NCBI GenBank assembly: GCA_014905635.1
Contig: JABVCE010000002.1
Span: 1,178,001 to 1,242,000, forward strand
DNA length: 64,000 nt
Reading direction: 5' to 3'
Source: Scenedesmus sp. PABB004
Lineage: Eukaryota
The notes under the pieces are model-generated. The model was not told where the DNA came from and made no database searches. It saw only the letters and a program-made list of their open reading frames with translations. The translations under genes were made by a program, and so were the position numbers. Every line of letters begins with the position of its first letter. Position 1 is the first letter of the stretch. Positions 11,576 to 23,024 of the stretch are shown one piece after another.

Positions 11576-12931
11576 GGCGCCTGCTGCTGCGCCTGCTGCT
11601 GCTGCGCCGCCGCCGCCCCAGCCGCGCCGTCGCCAGCGCCCGGGCTGCGCATGGCCGGGAAGGGCAGCTCGTCCCAGTCAAAGAGCAGCGGCGACGTGGT
11701 CGGCGCAATGGCGTTGAAGTCGAGCAGCCGCACCGCGCCGCTCGGCGGAACGTACACGTCCATCGCGTCTGCGGCGGCGCACGCGGCGGCGGCGGACGCC
11801 CGGGTGGGACGCGCGCTGCGCGCTGTGCGCTGCGCGTGCGCACCGACCCGCGGGCGCCGCCCCGGCCGCCCCCTGCCGCCCGCGGCTCGCGCTCACAGTC
11901 GGGCAGGGGGAAGCGGGCGCCCACGCTGCGCTCGTGAAAGTCGCGCAGGCGCGCCGCGATGGCGTCGACCTCGCCCGCCTGCGTGAGCTGAGGAAAGTGC
12001 TGGCTCGCGTCGCGCTGGCTCGCTGCGACGAGCACGTGGCGCGCCACGAAGCAGCGGAACTCGCGCTCAGGCTGCAGCTCGCGCCAGCGCCGCAGCGCGA
12101 GCTGCGCGCCCAGCCGCGGCGGCGGCGGCTGGTCCTGGTGCTGCTGCTGCTGCTGCGCCTGCTGCGCCTGCTGTGCCTGCTGCGCCTGCTGCGTACGTGG
12201 GCCCTTCTGTGCCGCCGCGAGCGCCGCCAGCGCGTCCAGGTCGTGCATGACGCGGTCGGAGCTCTTCAGCAGCAGAATGACCTGCGCGGCGCGGAGGCAC
12301 GCGAGCAGCCGCGCCGTCAGCGCCCGCGGCTGCTGCCGCCGTCGCCGCAGCCGCTGCAGCCGCACGCCGCGCCTGGTCGGCGTTGGTGCACTTGAGGCTG
12401 TTGAACGCGCTCACCCACAGCGCGTCGCTCGGGCTGCTCCAGTTGAGCTTTGGCGCCGCCGCGCCGCCGAGGTGCTCGATCGCCGCCTCGATCGCGGCGT
12501 GCAGCGCGGGGAAGCGCTGCGCCCAGGGCTGCGGCGGCGCGTCGTCGCCGCTGCTGGTGCCGGGCGAGCTGCCGCCCGCGTCGCTGCGCGTGTCGCTGTC
12601 GCTGCTGAAAGTGTCCTCGGGGTCGTAGTCCACGCCCTCCACCACCACCTCTGCAGGCTGCGAGCGCCGCGGCAGCTGGAGGCGCACGCAGGGCGCGGGC
12701 GGCGCGGCACGGGCGGCGGCGGCGGGTGAGCAGCCAGCGGCGCCGCTGCTCGCCGCTGCCGCTCGCCCGCACGGCCCGTCGGCGCACCGCCTGGCTGTCG
12801 GGCGGCACCACCAGGCCCTCCTCATGTAGGAAGTCGACGAAGTCGGGCTCCAGGTCCAGCAGGACGCTGCGCTCGGCGTACGGCGCGAAGCCGGCGCCTA
12901 ACCAGGCGCCGTAGCTGAACGCCGCCTCCAT
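11362..12931 (-). CDS. CDC123: Cell division cycle protein 123 (D123 ATP-grasp family, eIF2 assembly factor)
   Basis: PKLNWSSPSDALW, SLKC...VILLLKSSDRVMHDL, LALRRW...EREFRCFV, ASQRD, DVYV...LLDFN...LLFDWDEL. Spliced over about 4 exons. Confidence 0.92.
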
Positions 12932-13117
12932 GGCGCGGTACAGCTGGCGCGGCGGGCGTGAGAGGGTCGCAGGCGCGCATGAGAGTGGGCTCCGCGATTC
13001 CGGCGACACCGCACGAGCCGCGGCGGCGGGCCGTCACCGACGACGACGTCGTTCGCGCGCCCCTGCCACCCGCGCCACCAGGCAGCGCCGCCACCACAGC
13101 CGTTCACACCCGCCACC

Positions 13118-14989
13118 ATGCAGCTATCCGCCCAGCCCTCGCCGGCGATGCGGCGGCGATCCGCCGCGACGCGCGGGGGGCGCGGCGCGCCGCAGCAGCG
13201 GCGGCGGCACGGGGCGCGGCTCGCCGCGGCGGCGGGGGGCCCGCGCGTCGCGCTGGAGCGGCTGCCCGACATGGAGGCGGCCGACACGGTGGTGGAGCGC
13301 CGCGCGGCGGATGTCGCGGTGGTCGGCGGGGGCGTCGCCGCCGCGCTCGCGGCGCTGAGCCTGGCGCGCGGCGGGCGCAAGGTGCTGCTGCTGCCCGACT
13401 TTGGCCTCGCCGCGCGCACGCCGCCGCCGGCGGCGCTGCACGCGCTGCGCCTGCCCGACGCCGACCCGCTGCTGGTGCACCTGGCGTCCGAGAGCGCGGC
13501 CTACTGGCGCGGCCTGGAGCTGCTCGCGGGCGCGCCGCTGCTGTCGCGGCACGCGAGCTGCGACGCCGTGCTGGACGCCGACAGGGACCACCCGGGCGCA
13601 GAGGGCTTCGCCAAGCTGCAGGACGCGTGCGCCGCGGCCGGCGTCGCGGCGGCGCCGCTGAGCGGCTCGGAGGCGGCCACGCGGTTCCGGCAGCTGCAGC
13701 TCCCGCACGGCGCCGCGTGCCTGGTGCAGCCGGACGGCGGCGTGCTGCACGCGCAGGACGTCGACGCGGCGGCGCGGCAGCTGGCGCGCGGCGCGGGCGT
13801 CACGCTGCGGGTGGGCGGCGACGGCGTGGCGCGCGGGGAGGGGGCGGGGGCCCCGCAGTCGCCAGCTGGCCGGCGCCCGCGGTCACGTCCCCTCACGCCG
13901 CCGCCGCGCCTGCCGCCGCCGCGGTCGCCGCGCAGCCGGGCCTCGTGCTGCGCGGCTGGCGCGACCGGGGGAGCTGCTTCCAGCTGCGTGCCTCCACCGC
14001 GCTCACGCCGGAGCTGGTGTCGCTGTTCGAGGCCGAGGTGCTGCTGCTGGCGCCGGCGCACTGGCACGCCGCGTGCTTCGGCCTGTTTGGCCTGCAGCTG
14101 GACGGCCTGGAGGTGCGTGAGCGGCGGCGCCGTTGCCGCCGGCGGCGCCTGGTCCGGCGCAGCGCGCCAGCCGCCGGTCGCGGCAACGCGCCGCCGCCGC
14201 CACCGCCGCCCGCAGGCGCGCGAGGTGCTGCAGTGCCGCCTGCCGGCGGGCGCGCTGACGGCGCAGGCGCAGCAGCCGCTGCTGCAGACGTGGGGCGCCT
14301 TCGCGCCGCCGGACCAGCCGCAGCAGCCGCTCGGGCTGGGCGCGCTGCCGCTGGGCGGCGGCAGCGGCGGCTGGGCGCTGCAGCAGCTGCCGGGCTGGGG
14401 GCGCGCCGTGGCGGACCCCTTTGCGTGGCAGCCGGCGGCGGCGCAGTGGCGCGCCCTGCGCGACGGCGGCGACGCGGACGAGGCGCGGCCGCCGCCCACG
14501 CCGGCCGGCGCGTGGGCGGAGGCGCAGGTCGCGCAGCTGCACGCCAGCTGCGCGGCGCTCGTGCGCGACGTCGGCCCGCTGCGCAGCGCGGCCGTGTCGA
14601 GCTCGCTGCGCAGCTGCGTGGCCGACGGCCGGCCGGTCGTGGGCGGGCACCCGGGGTTTGACCCCGGCCGCGTCGTCGTCGCCGCGGGCGCGGCCGGCGG
14701 CGCGCGCTTTGGCCCCGGCGGGGGCGCGAGCCCCTACCAGGCCGCGCCGATGCTGGCCAAGCTGTCGGCCGACGCGGTCAAGGCCGCCGCCGGCGGCGCC
14801 GGGGGCGCGCTCGCGGCGGGGCTGGCGCTCGCGCGCGCGGGCCTCGCGCCGCGCGCCGCGCTCCCCGCCGACCCCTGGGACGGCCTCGCCGCGCTGCAGC
14901 GCGCGCCGCCCGTGAGCGCGGAGGACGCGGAGCGCGCCGCCGACGAGGCGTCCGACGCGGCGCGCGACGCGGCGGGCACCGCGGCTTGA
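13118..14989 (+). CDS. FAD-dependent oxidoreductase, sarcosine oxidase/DAO-like, divergent
   Basis: DVAVVGGGVAAALAALSLARGGRKVLLL (Rossmann fold), RFRQLQLP, QPDGGVLHA, ADGRPVVGGHP. Two introns near 13811-13935 and 14113-14215. Confidence 0.7.
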   Translation: MQLSAQPSPAMRRRSAATRGGRGAPQQRRRHGARLAAAAGGPRVALERLPDMEAADTVVERRAADVAVVGGGVAAALAALSLARGGRKVLLLPDFGLAARTPPPAALHALRLPDADPLLVHLASESAAYWRGLELLAGAPLLSRHASCDAVLDADRDHPGAEGFAKLQDACAAAGVAAAPLSGSEAATRFRQLQLPHGAACLVQPDGGVLHAQDVDAAARQLARGAGVTLRVGGDGVARGEGAGAPQSPAGRRPRSRPLTPPPRLPPPRSPRSRASCCAAGATGGAASSCVPPPRSRRSWCRCSRPRCCCWRRRTGTPRASACLACSWTAWRCVSGGAVAAGGAWSGAARQPPVAATRRRRHRRPQAREVLQCRLPAGALTAQAQQPLLQTWGAFAPPDQPQQPLGLGALPLGGGSGGWALQQLPGWGRAVADPFAWQPAAAQWRALRDGGDADEARPPPTPAGAWAEAQVAQLHASCAALVRDVGPLRSAAVSSSLRSCVADGRPVVGGHPGFDPGRVVVAAGAAGGARFGPGGGASPYQAAPMLAKLSADAVKAAAGGAGGALAAGLALARAGLAPRAALPADPWDGLAALQRAPPVSAEDAERAADEASDAARDAAGTAA

Positions 14990-15473
14990 CGAGGCGCCTG
15001 CGAGGGTTGCACGGGCGGCAGCGTCGGCGGCGAGCGCTCGGCCTGAACCGCACCAGGCGTGACGCTGCCGCGCGCTGCCCTCTCTGCCGGAGCAGAGCCC
15101 AGCCCCTGCCCGGGCAGCGCTCAATCCACCGCCTCAGTGGCACGCAGCCGTCCCCGCGCCAGCGCGCCGCAGCCGCCGCTGCTGCTGCTGCTGCTGCTGC
15201 TCTCCCCTCACGGCGCGCCGCGCCCCAGGCACCGCCACCGCGTGTTCGTGGCCCGATCGCACGCCCGGGCTCCCCGCAGCCGCGCGGGACCCCGTGCGGC
15301 CGCGCACTGCAGCCGATTGCGCGCCCCCAGACGCGCGTGCAGAGCGCGCGGCCGACGCAGAGCGGCCGGCCATCGGTTCTGCGACGCTCCACCTCTTGGA
15401 CAGCGGAGCCGCCCGGCGGAGCGGCGGCCGCAGCGCACGCGGCGGCGGCGCAGCAGCGGCGGTGGCAGCAGCG

Positions 15474-16569
15474 ATGCTCGCGGCCGCGCGCGCTGCGCTC
15501 GCGGCTGCCGCCGGTGCCAGCAGCTGCTGCGCCGGCGGCTCCAGCAGCGCCAGCGGTGCGGCGCGAGCAGCGGCGGGCGCGATGCGGGCGCTGCAGCGTC
15601 GCTGCGCGAGCAGCGACGGCGCGGCGGCAGCGGGCGTGGCGCACGCGCCGCCGGGGGGTCTCGACGCCTCGCAGCTGGTGAGCGGCCGCGCGCCGTCGGC
15701 GGCAGCGCCCCGCGCCGCACGCGCGCCCGCACGCGCGCCCGCCCACGCGCCGGGCCGCGCGCCGGCCGCGCGCAGACGGCGGAGCAGGCGGCGCACCTGC
15801 GCGCGCTGCGCTACCTCATGGCGCGCCCGCTCGCGGCGGCGCGCGACGCGGCGGCGCTGACGGGCCTGGCCGCGGGGTACCGGGACCTGTCGGTCATCAT
15901 GGACCAGCTGCACAAGCGCGACGTCCTTGGCATCCCCCGCCCCCTGCTCGACGAGCCCCCGGCGCCCGCCGGCGCGGACGCCGACGCGGCGGGCGCGGAG
16001 CAGCGGCCCGGCGCGGCGGCGCCCGCGCCGGTGCCGGGGCGGCGGCGCCGGGGCGCAGCCAGATGTTCTATCCCGTGCGCGACCTCAGCGCGCTGCCCGA
16101 CGCGGCGCCGCCGGCGGGCGGGTGGCTGCGCAACCACCTGAAGGAACAGTACATGACCCGGTGCGGGAGGGAGCGGGAGGAGGGGTGTGCGTGGTGGTGG
16201 TGTGTGTGGGGGGGGGGGGCTAGGCTGGCCTGTGCGGGGCACGGAGCGCCGCGGCGGCCCGCCCGCGCCGCTGACGCCGGGGGCCGCCCGCCGCCCGCCC
16301 GCCCGCCCGCCCGCCCGCGCAGCGTGACCGCGTTTGCGCAGCTGCTGCCCAACCACCTGGAGGTGAGCTACCAGACGGGCTGCGGCATCGTGCTGTGGCC
16401 CGCGATGGAGGCGTTCTACCCGGCGCTCTTTGACGTCGAGTCGGCGCTGCGCTACCTCAAGCCCGGCACCAAGCGCACGCGCACCAAGCGCCCGCGCGCT
16501 GCAAAGCGCCCGCGCTGCACGCTCGGGTACCAGCGCACGATGCCCTACCACAAGCCGCGCCTCGTGTGA
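15474..16569 (+). CDS. Predicted mitochondrial protein whose C-terminus resembles the C-terminal segment of ribosomal protein S4 (uS4m)
   Basis: Presequence-like MLAAARAALAAA...RALQRRCASS. Introns 15678-15775 and 16161-16322, plus one ending near 16062. Last exon LPNHLEVSYQTGCGIVLWPAMEAFYP followed by a basic tail. TGTAA at 16659. Confidence 0.6.
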
Positions 16570-16658
16570 GGCCGGCCGGCGCCCGCGGCGGCGGCGGCGC
16601 GGCGGCGGCGCGGCGGCGGCGGCGCGGGCCCGCCGGCGCGAGCGGGGCGAGCCGGGGC

Positions 16659-16663
16659 TGTAA
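16659..16663 (+). promoter_or_regulatory. Chlorophyte polyadenylation signal TGTAA
   Basis: ctgTAActg about 90 bp after the stop at 16569. Confidence 0.55.
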
Positions 16664-16922
16664 CTGAGTCGCATGTGGCATGCCTCGCGGGCGCCAGCTG
16701 CTGCCTCGGCGGTCGCGCGGCCTGCAGCCGGGGTCCAAGGCGCGAGCAGCGCGGCGGCCGCCCGGCCCGCCGCCGGCCCTCCCGCCCCCACAGCCGCCCC
16801 CACAGCCGCCCCCACAGCCGCTCGTCGCTGGCCTGTTGAATCGCCGCGCCCTGCGCAGAGCCCTCCCGTCGCGCGCGAGCTCAGCTCAGCCGGCAGGTGC
16901 TGCGGCGGCGCGCTGCGCAGCG

Positions 16923-18665
16923 ATGCGTCCGCCCAAGCTGGGCGCCCTGCCGTCCCGCGGTGAGGGTCTGGCGCGCCTGGAGGCGCCTGGCAGCGCCGGC
17001 GGCGCGGCATGACCCGCCGCTGCCGACGCCGCCGCAGTCGTCCAGGCGGCGCTGGTCGCCGCGCTGCTGCTGGCATGCTCGTGGCTGGCGCTGCCCCGGC
17101 TCCGCACGCCAGCCGAGAGCGCGTGCCCGCGCGCCGCCGCCGCCAGCCTCGGCGCGCCGGGCGCGGGCGATGGGCGTGCTGCGCTCGGCGACTTGGCCGA
17201 CCTGCTGCCGCGCCTGCTGCCGCGCACCAACTTCAGCGCCCTGGCCGCCGCCGACGTGCTCGACCCTGCCATCGCGGCGGGCGCGCCCGCGAGCGAGCTG
17301 CGCCGGCTCATGCAGCTGCACAGCCGCCTGTTCTGCGCGTGAGGCGGCGGCGGCGGCGGCGGCGCCCGCGCGGCGGCAGCGAGTCCCCGACCGCGCCGTG
17401 CCGCGCCGCCCGCGGCAGTGCCGGCCTGCACGAGGAGCCGCTCCCCGGCAGCCGCGCGGTGCAGCTGGGCAACGCCAGTCTGCACGTGTACGGCGGGCGG
17501 GACATTGTCTCGGCGCACATCGCCGGCGGCGCGCGCACCTGGGAGGCTGCCGAGACGCAGGCGCTCCTCTGGGCGCTGCGCCAGCCGCCCGGCGGGGCGC
17601 GGCGCGGCGGCGCGGCGGGCGGCGCGCCTGTCGCGCCGCTCGTCGTGGACGTGGGCGCCAACGTCGGTGCGCGCACGGCACGCGCGGGCCGCGGCGGGCA
17701 GTCGCAGCCGCGCTCGCTGGCGCAGCACGCATGTCGCTCGGCCGGCTGTCTGCCGCCGCGCCCTGCAGGTTGGTTCATGGCCAACGCGGCCGCCGCCGGC
17801 GCGCGCGTCGCGGCGTTTGAGGCGATGGCCGCCAACGCCGCGCTGCTGCGGCGCACGCTGTGCGCCAACCCCTGGCTGCACGAGCGCATCGCGCTCTTCG
17901 CCACCGGGCTGGGCAACGCGTCTGCAAGCTGCTTCGTGATCAGCGACGTCCACAACGCCGTCGACGGCCACACCAAGTGCACCGCCGGCGAGCCGACGGC
18001 GCCGCCGGGCTACGCGGTGCGCCGCGACGCGCGCGCCGGCGGCGCTGCGCGCTGGGCGTCGGCGGCGGCGCCTGACGCGCGAGGGCGCCCCGCCTGCGCA
18101 GGTGCGCGGCGCCATGACGGTCAGGCGCCTGGACACGCTGGTGGCGGAGGACGTGCAGGTGGGTGGGGCGCCCGGCTGGCCGGCAGGGGTGGCTAGCAGG
18201 GAGGGGGGAGGCTGCGGGCGGGCACGGCGCGCGCGCGAGCCGCCCCACAGCCAGCACCGCCAATTCTGCCGCCGGGCAGGTGCTGAAGATCGACGTCGAG
18301 GGCCACGAGGCGCAGGTGCTCGCGGGCGCGGCGCGGCTGTTTGAGCGTCACGCCGTGTCGTACGTGATGCTCGAGTGCAACCTCGGCATCATCGGCGACG
18401 CCGGCGGCCGCAGGCTCATCGCGTGCGCGCGCCGGCGCCGGGCGCGGCGGCCGGGCGCGGGCGGGTCGGGGAGGTAGGGGGCAGCGCGCGCACCGAGCGC
18501 GCCCGGCCGCCCGCGGCGCGCAGGGACCTCGACGCGCTGGGCTTTGCCGTCAGCGCGGCGGGCTTCCGCGGCCCGTTCTGGAGCGAGGCCGACGTGCGCG
18601 CAGGGCGCACGGGCTGCACGTCGATGAACCTCTATGCCACGCGCAAGGACCTGGCCGCGCGCTAG
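16923..18665 (+). CDS. FkbM-family (Methyltransf_21) SAM-dependent methyltransferase with N-terminal membrane anchor
   Basis: VVQAALVAALLLACSW anchor, VVDVGANVG|WF, RVAAFEAM, RRLDTLV, VLKIDVEGHEAQVLAG, VMLE. TAG at 18663-18665. Confidence 0.9.
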
Positions 18666-18838
18666 CCGCGGCGCAGCGCGGCGCAGCGCGGCGCCAGGGT
18701 GGAACTGAGGGAGTGGGGAGGGGCTGCCAGGCGGCGACGAGGCGCCTGAGCGGGGCTGCAGAGGGACGCGGTGGCGGCCGCCCTCGGGGGACCGAGGGCC
18801 AGTTCAACTCGCGCGCGCGCTGACCGCCGCCCCGCCGC

Positions 18839-20396
18839 TCAGCCGTTGGCGCCGCCGAGCGCGCACTCGGGCGCGACTGCGCCGGCACGGCGGTGCGCCG
18901 CCAGCACGCTGCCGACGGTGACCCCGACGGCCGCGCCCAGCAGCCCGCCGGCCATCAGCGCCGCGCCCGCGCCGCCGCCGCCGGCGCCGCCGCCGACCAC
19001 CGCCCGCCGCCACCCGCGCGCCGCGCTCCGCCCGCCGCCGCGCCCGGCGCTGTCGCCGGCGCTGGCCCAGCCGGGCGCGAGAGGGATGATCTCGTCATGC
19101 GGCAGGTCGGCGAGCGTCTCGCCGCCCTCGGGCGCGGCGGTTATGGCCAGCGTTTGGCTGTAGCGCGCGTCCAGGTCCTGCGCGACGCGCGCCGCGCCGA
19201 TGTGCTCGAACAGCCCCGCGTGCTGGCCCGTGGCGAGGTCGACGCACGCGCTGCGCTCTGCAGCGCTCGCGCCGCACACGAATGCCACCGAGAAGCCCGC
19301 CCGGCACGCGCGCGCCGAGTAGTCAGCCTCCCCGTCCACCGCTGGCATGGGGCCCAGCCGGTGCAGCCTGGGCATGTGGATGAGCGTCGCGCCGTTGGAC
19401 CAGCCCCTGCTGTGCGCGCACGGCGCCGCGGCGCGGCGCTGGTGGGCGGCGCGCGCGCCTGCGCAGGCGGCCGCGGGCGGCCGCCCGCAGCCCCGCAGCC
19501 CCGCGCACCCCCAGGGCGACTCGGTGAGGTTGCGGCAGGTCTGGCGCACCAGCGACACGGCAACGCGTGCGCCGCCCACGTCCACGCTGCTGGCCTCCCA
19601 CGCGCCCAGCGCGTGCGGGCGCGCCCGCCAGGCCTCCAGGTCGCGCAGCCAGACCTGCAGCAGCGTGTCGTCGCGCTCCTGCGGGGGCCGCGGCGCCGGC
19701 GGGCGGCGGGCGCGCCGTGTGCTGCGATGCGCGCGCTGGCGGCGGGCGCGGCACGCCGCGCGCCACCCTCGGCGCGCGCACCAGCACCGCCATCGCCGCC
19801 CCCACGACGGGCAAGCTGGCCGGCCAGGTGTCGGCGCGGGCCTGCCAGTCGTCCTCCAGGCTGAGCACGTAGCGCGCGCCAAGGTCGGTGCACATGGAGA
19901 ACAGCAGGTTGAAGCCTCGGCTCAGCCCGACCGTGCGCCGCAGGTGCACGAGCCGCAGCCGCCCGCCCGCGGACGCCGCCAGCGGCGCCAGGTGCGCGGT
20001 CGCATTGGCCAGCGCGCCCACGCTGGAGCCGTTGTCGAGGATCTGCAGCACCTGCGCGCGCGCGCCGCCGGGCCCGAGTCGGCGGCCGCCGGCTGGCGCT
20101 GCTGCGCTGGCTCGACCCGGGTCGGCGCCGCTGACTGGCAGTGGTGCGAAGCGCGCTCGCCCGGGCACCGGCGGCTGGCCGCGCCGCGCAGCGCGCTGGC
20201 GGCAGCGCCAGCGCCGCACAAAAGGCTGCCGCGGCTCGATGCGAGCCATGTAGCGCAGGAGGGCGCGCACGCTGGGCACCAGGTAGTGCGGGCGATTGTA
20301 GCTGAGAGATGCAACGCAGAGCAGCGGCAGCTTCGCTGCGCCCGCAACACCCGCGCCGGCGAGCACCGCCAGAATCGCCACGCAGGCACAACGCAT
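18839..20396 (-). CDS. Secretory-pathway GT-A fold glycosyltransferase (GT2-like) with C-terminal hydrophobic segment
   Basis: Signal peptide MRCACVAILAVLAGAG, SLSYNRPHYL, ILDNGS, GLSRGFN, YVLSLEDDW (DxD-like), WSNGATL, FEHIG. C-terminal ALMAGGLLGAAVGVTVGSVLA. Confidence 0.72.
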
Positions 20397-20757
20397 CGTT
20401 GAGATCGTCTGAGAGCCCGCACGCAGCCGTTCAACTGCGCAGGCGGCCGCCGGTGTGGCGCGACCGCCGCCGCTGTCCAGCGCCGGCGCGCGGCAGCGCC
20501 GGGCGCGCCGGGCCCCCTGATGGAGGCCGTGCAATCGCCGTTCGCGCACGCGCGCGCGTCAGCACTCGTGGTGGCAGCGCCGCTTGGCGGCGGCGATGCG
20601 GCGCGGTCGGTCGCGCCGAAGCGGCGGGCGCGCCGCGGGCTGGGCCAGGCTCGCCTGTCGGGGCGCGACGCACGGGAGAGGGGCACGTGCGCGCGGGCGG
20701 CAGCATCGTCGCCGCCCCGCGGCGCAACGGGCAAACGCGGTTCAACGCGGTTCACCA

Positions 20758-22959
20758 TCAGTCGCCGCCGCCGCGCGCCTCGTCCTCGCCGTCCCGCTGC
20801 TGCGGCTCCTCGTCGCTGCCGGGCGGCGGCCGCCGCGCCTGCACGATGGCCTCCAGCAGCGCGAGCGCCTCGCCGTCGAGCGGGCGCCCGACCAGCCGCA
20901 CGCCCAGCTCGCCGCTCAGCACGCCGATGCGCCGCTCGTCGCCGCGCACCTCGCGCAGCAGCTCCAGCTGCGCGCGCGAGAGCGTGGTGTAGACCTGCAT
21001 CGCCGCGCCACCGCGCCGGGCCGCCGCGCCGCCGCCGCCGCGCGCGCCGGCTGCGGGCGGGCGCGCGGGCGTGCACGCGCGCGCGCGCGCGCGCGCGCGT
21101 CGGCGGGTGGTCGGCGGCGCGCGCGCGCGGGCGCCGGCCGGCAGCAGCGAGGGGCCGGCCGCGCCGCGCCCGCGGCGGCGCACCCAGGTCGACCGCGACG
21201 AGCGCCTGGTCCTGCAGCCCGCTGCCGGGCGGGCCGAACACGGCGCGGAAGGCACCAAACTCCTCGTCGGGGCCCGCCGGCGCGCCGTGGGCGTCGTCGC
21301 CGTCGTCGGGGGGCGGGTCAAACACCTGTGGGGCGCGCCGCCGCGCGCGGGGCTCGGCGCGCGAGGGGCTCGGCGCGCGAGGGGCTCCACGTGCGCGCGG
21401 CGGTCCGCAGGCGGGCGCCGCCGCGGCGCTGCGCCGGCGCACCTGCTGCAGCAGCTCCGACAGCTTCACCAGCTGCTGCCCCGCGGCGGTCGCGCGCGCG
21501 TCGGCCACGGGCGCGGCGTACGCCGCGGGCGCGCGCGGGCGCAGCTCCTCGCCGCGCGCCTCGGCAAACGCGGCCATGATGTTGGCGGCCTCGCGCAGCC
21601 CCGTCGCAAACGCGCCGTGCATCGTGGCCGGGTACCTGGGCGCGCGGACGAACGGAGGGGCGCGGCGGAGGGAGGGAGGGGGAGGGGGGCGCGTCGGCGC
21701 GTCGCGCCCGCGCCCGCGCCGCGCGCGTCGCACGGCGGCCGGCGGCGCGCCGGCGCCTCGCGCGCGCACCGCGAGGTGGTGGCCTCGCCGGCAAAGAACA
21801 CGCGGTCCCCCAGCGGCGTCGCCATGGCCTCGTAGTCGGCGGCGCCGCTGCTGCCCGGCGCGACGGACGAGTAGGAGCCGTGGCACATCGGGTCCGCGCC
21901 CCAGGCCGTGCACACCGCCTGCAGCGGGTCCGGCACGTCGACGCCCTGCGGCTTAAACATGCCGCGCAGCAGGGCCATGACCTCCGCCACGCACGCGTCG
22001 TGCGGGCGGCCCTCAAACGCGGGCGCCGCGTCGCCCGCGACGAGGCCCGCGAGCACCGCGCCGCCGGCGATGCCGTCGTAGGCGTAGAACAGATAGTACA
22101 GCCCCCGCGCCGACGGGTCGGACCGCACGTGACCAAACATGTCCTGCCCGCGGCGCGGCCGCGGCGGCGCAGGGGCGCGGCGGGGTGGGCGCGCGCCCGC
22201 GCCGCGGCGGCGCGGCGGCGCGCCGGCGCGGGGGCGCGGCGGAGTGGGCGCCGCGGCGGCGCACCCGCGCGCCCCAGAAGCAGCGGGGGAAGAGCAGGGC
22301 GACCTTGTTGAGCACGCCAAAGCCGAGGCGCCGGATGGCAGCGGCCTTGCGGCGCGGCAGCGGCGGGACAAAGGCGAGGCCGCCGCGCTTGAGCACGCCG
22401 AGCGGGACCGTTACGAGCGCCGCGTCGGCGGCAAACACGCCCGCGTCGGTGTGCACCTCGACCTGCGCCGGCGGCGGCGGCGGCGGCGGCCGCGCGTGCT
22501 CCACAGCCTGCCACGCGCGCGCGCGCGCGGCGCGGGCAGCGCGGCGGCGCGGGCAGCGCGGCGGCGCGGGCGGCGCCGCGCGGCGCACCCCCTGGTCGCA
22601 ATACTGCAGCAGGCGCGCGGGGGCGCGGTAAAAAATGGGGATGCCCTGGGCGAGGCCCTCCAGCAGCCGCAGGTTGCCGCCTGCGCGCCGCGGGGCGTGC
22701 GCGGCGTGCGCGGCGTGAGTGGCGTGGGCGGCAGGGCGGGCGCGGCGCGGCGCGGCGCGGCCGTGGGCGCGGCGGCGCACCCGGCAGGAATACGTGCGCC
22801 CCCTGGTGCTCAAACTCGTCGTCCAGGTCCCAGTGGCGCATCGACAGCGCAGCGAGGCGCGTGGCATTGGCAAACTCGATGTTGGCGAGGTGCCACTGCA
22901 CGAGCAGCTGCCGCGCCTGGTCGACGCTGAAGCGCGCCGCCAGCGGCGCCGCGCCGCCG

Positions 22960-23024
<65 letters not shown>

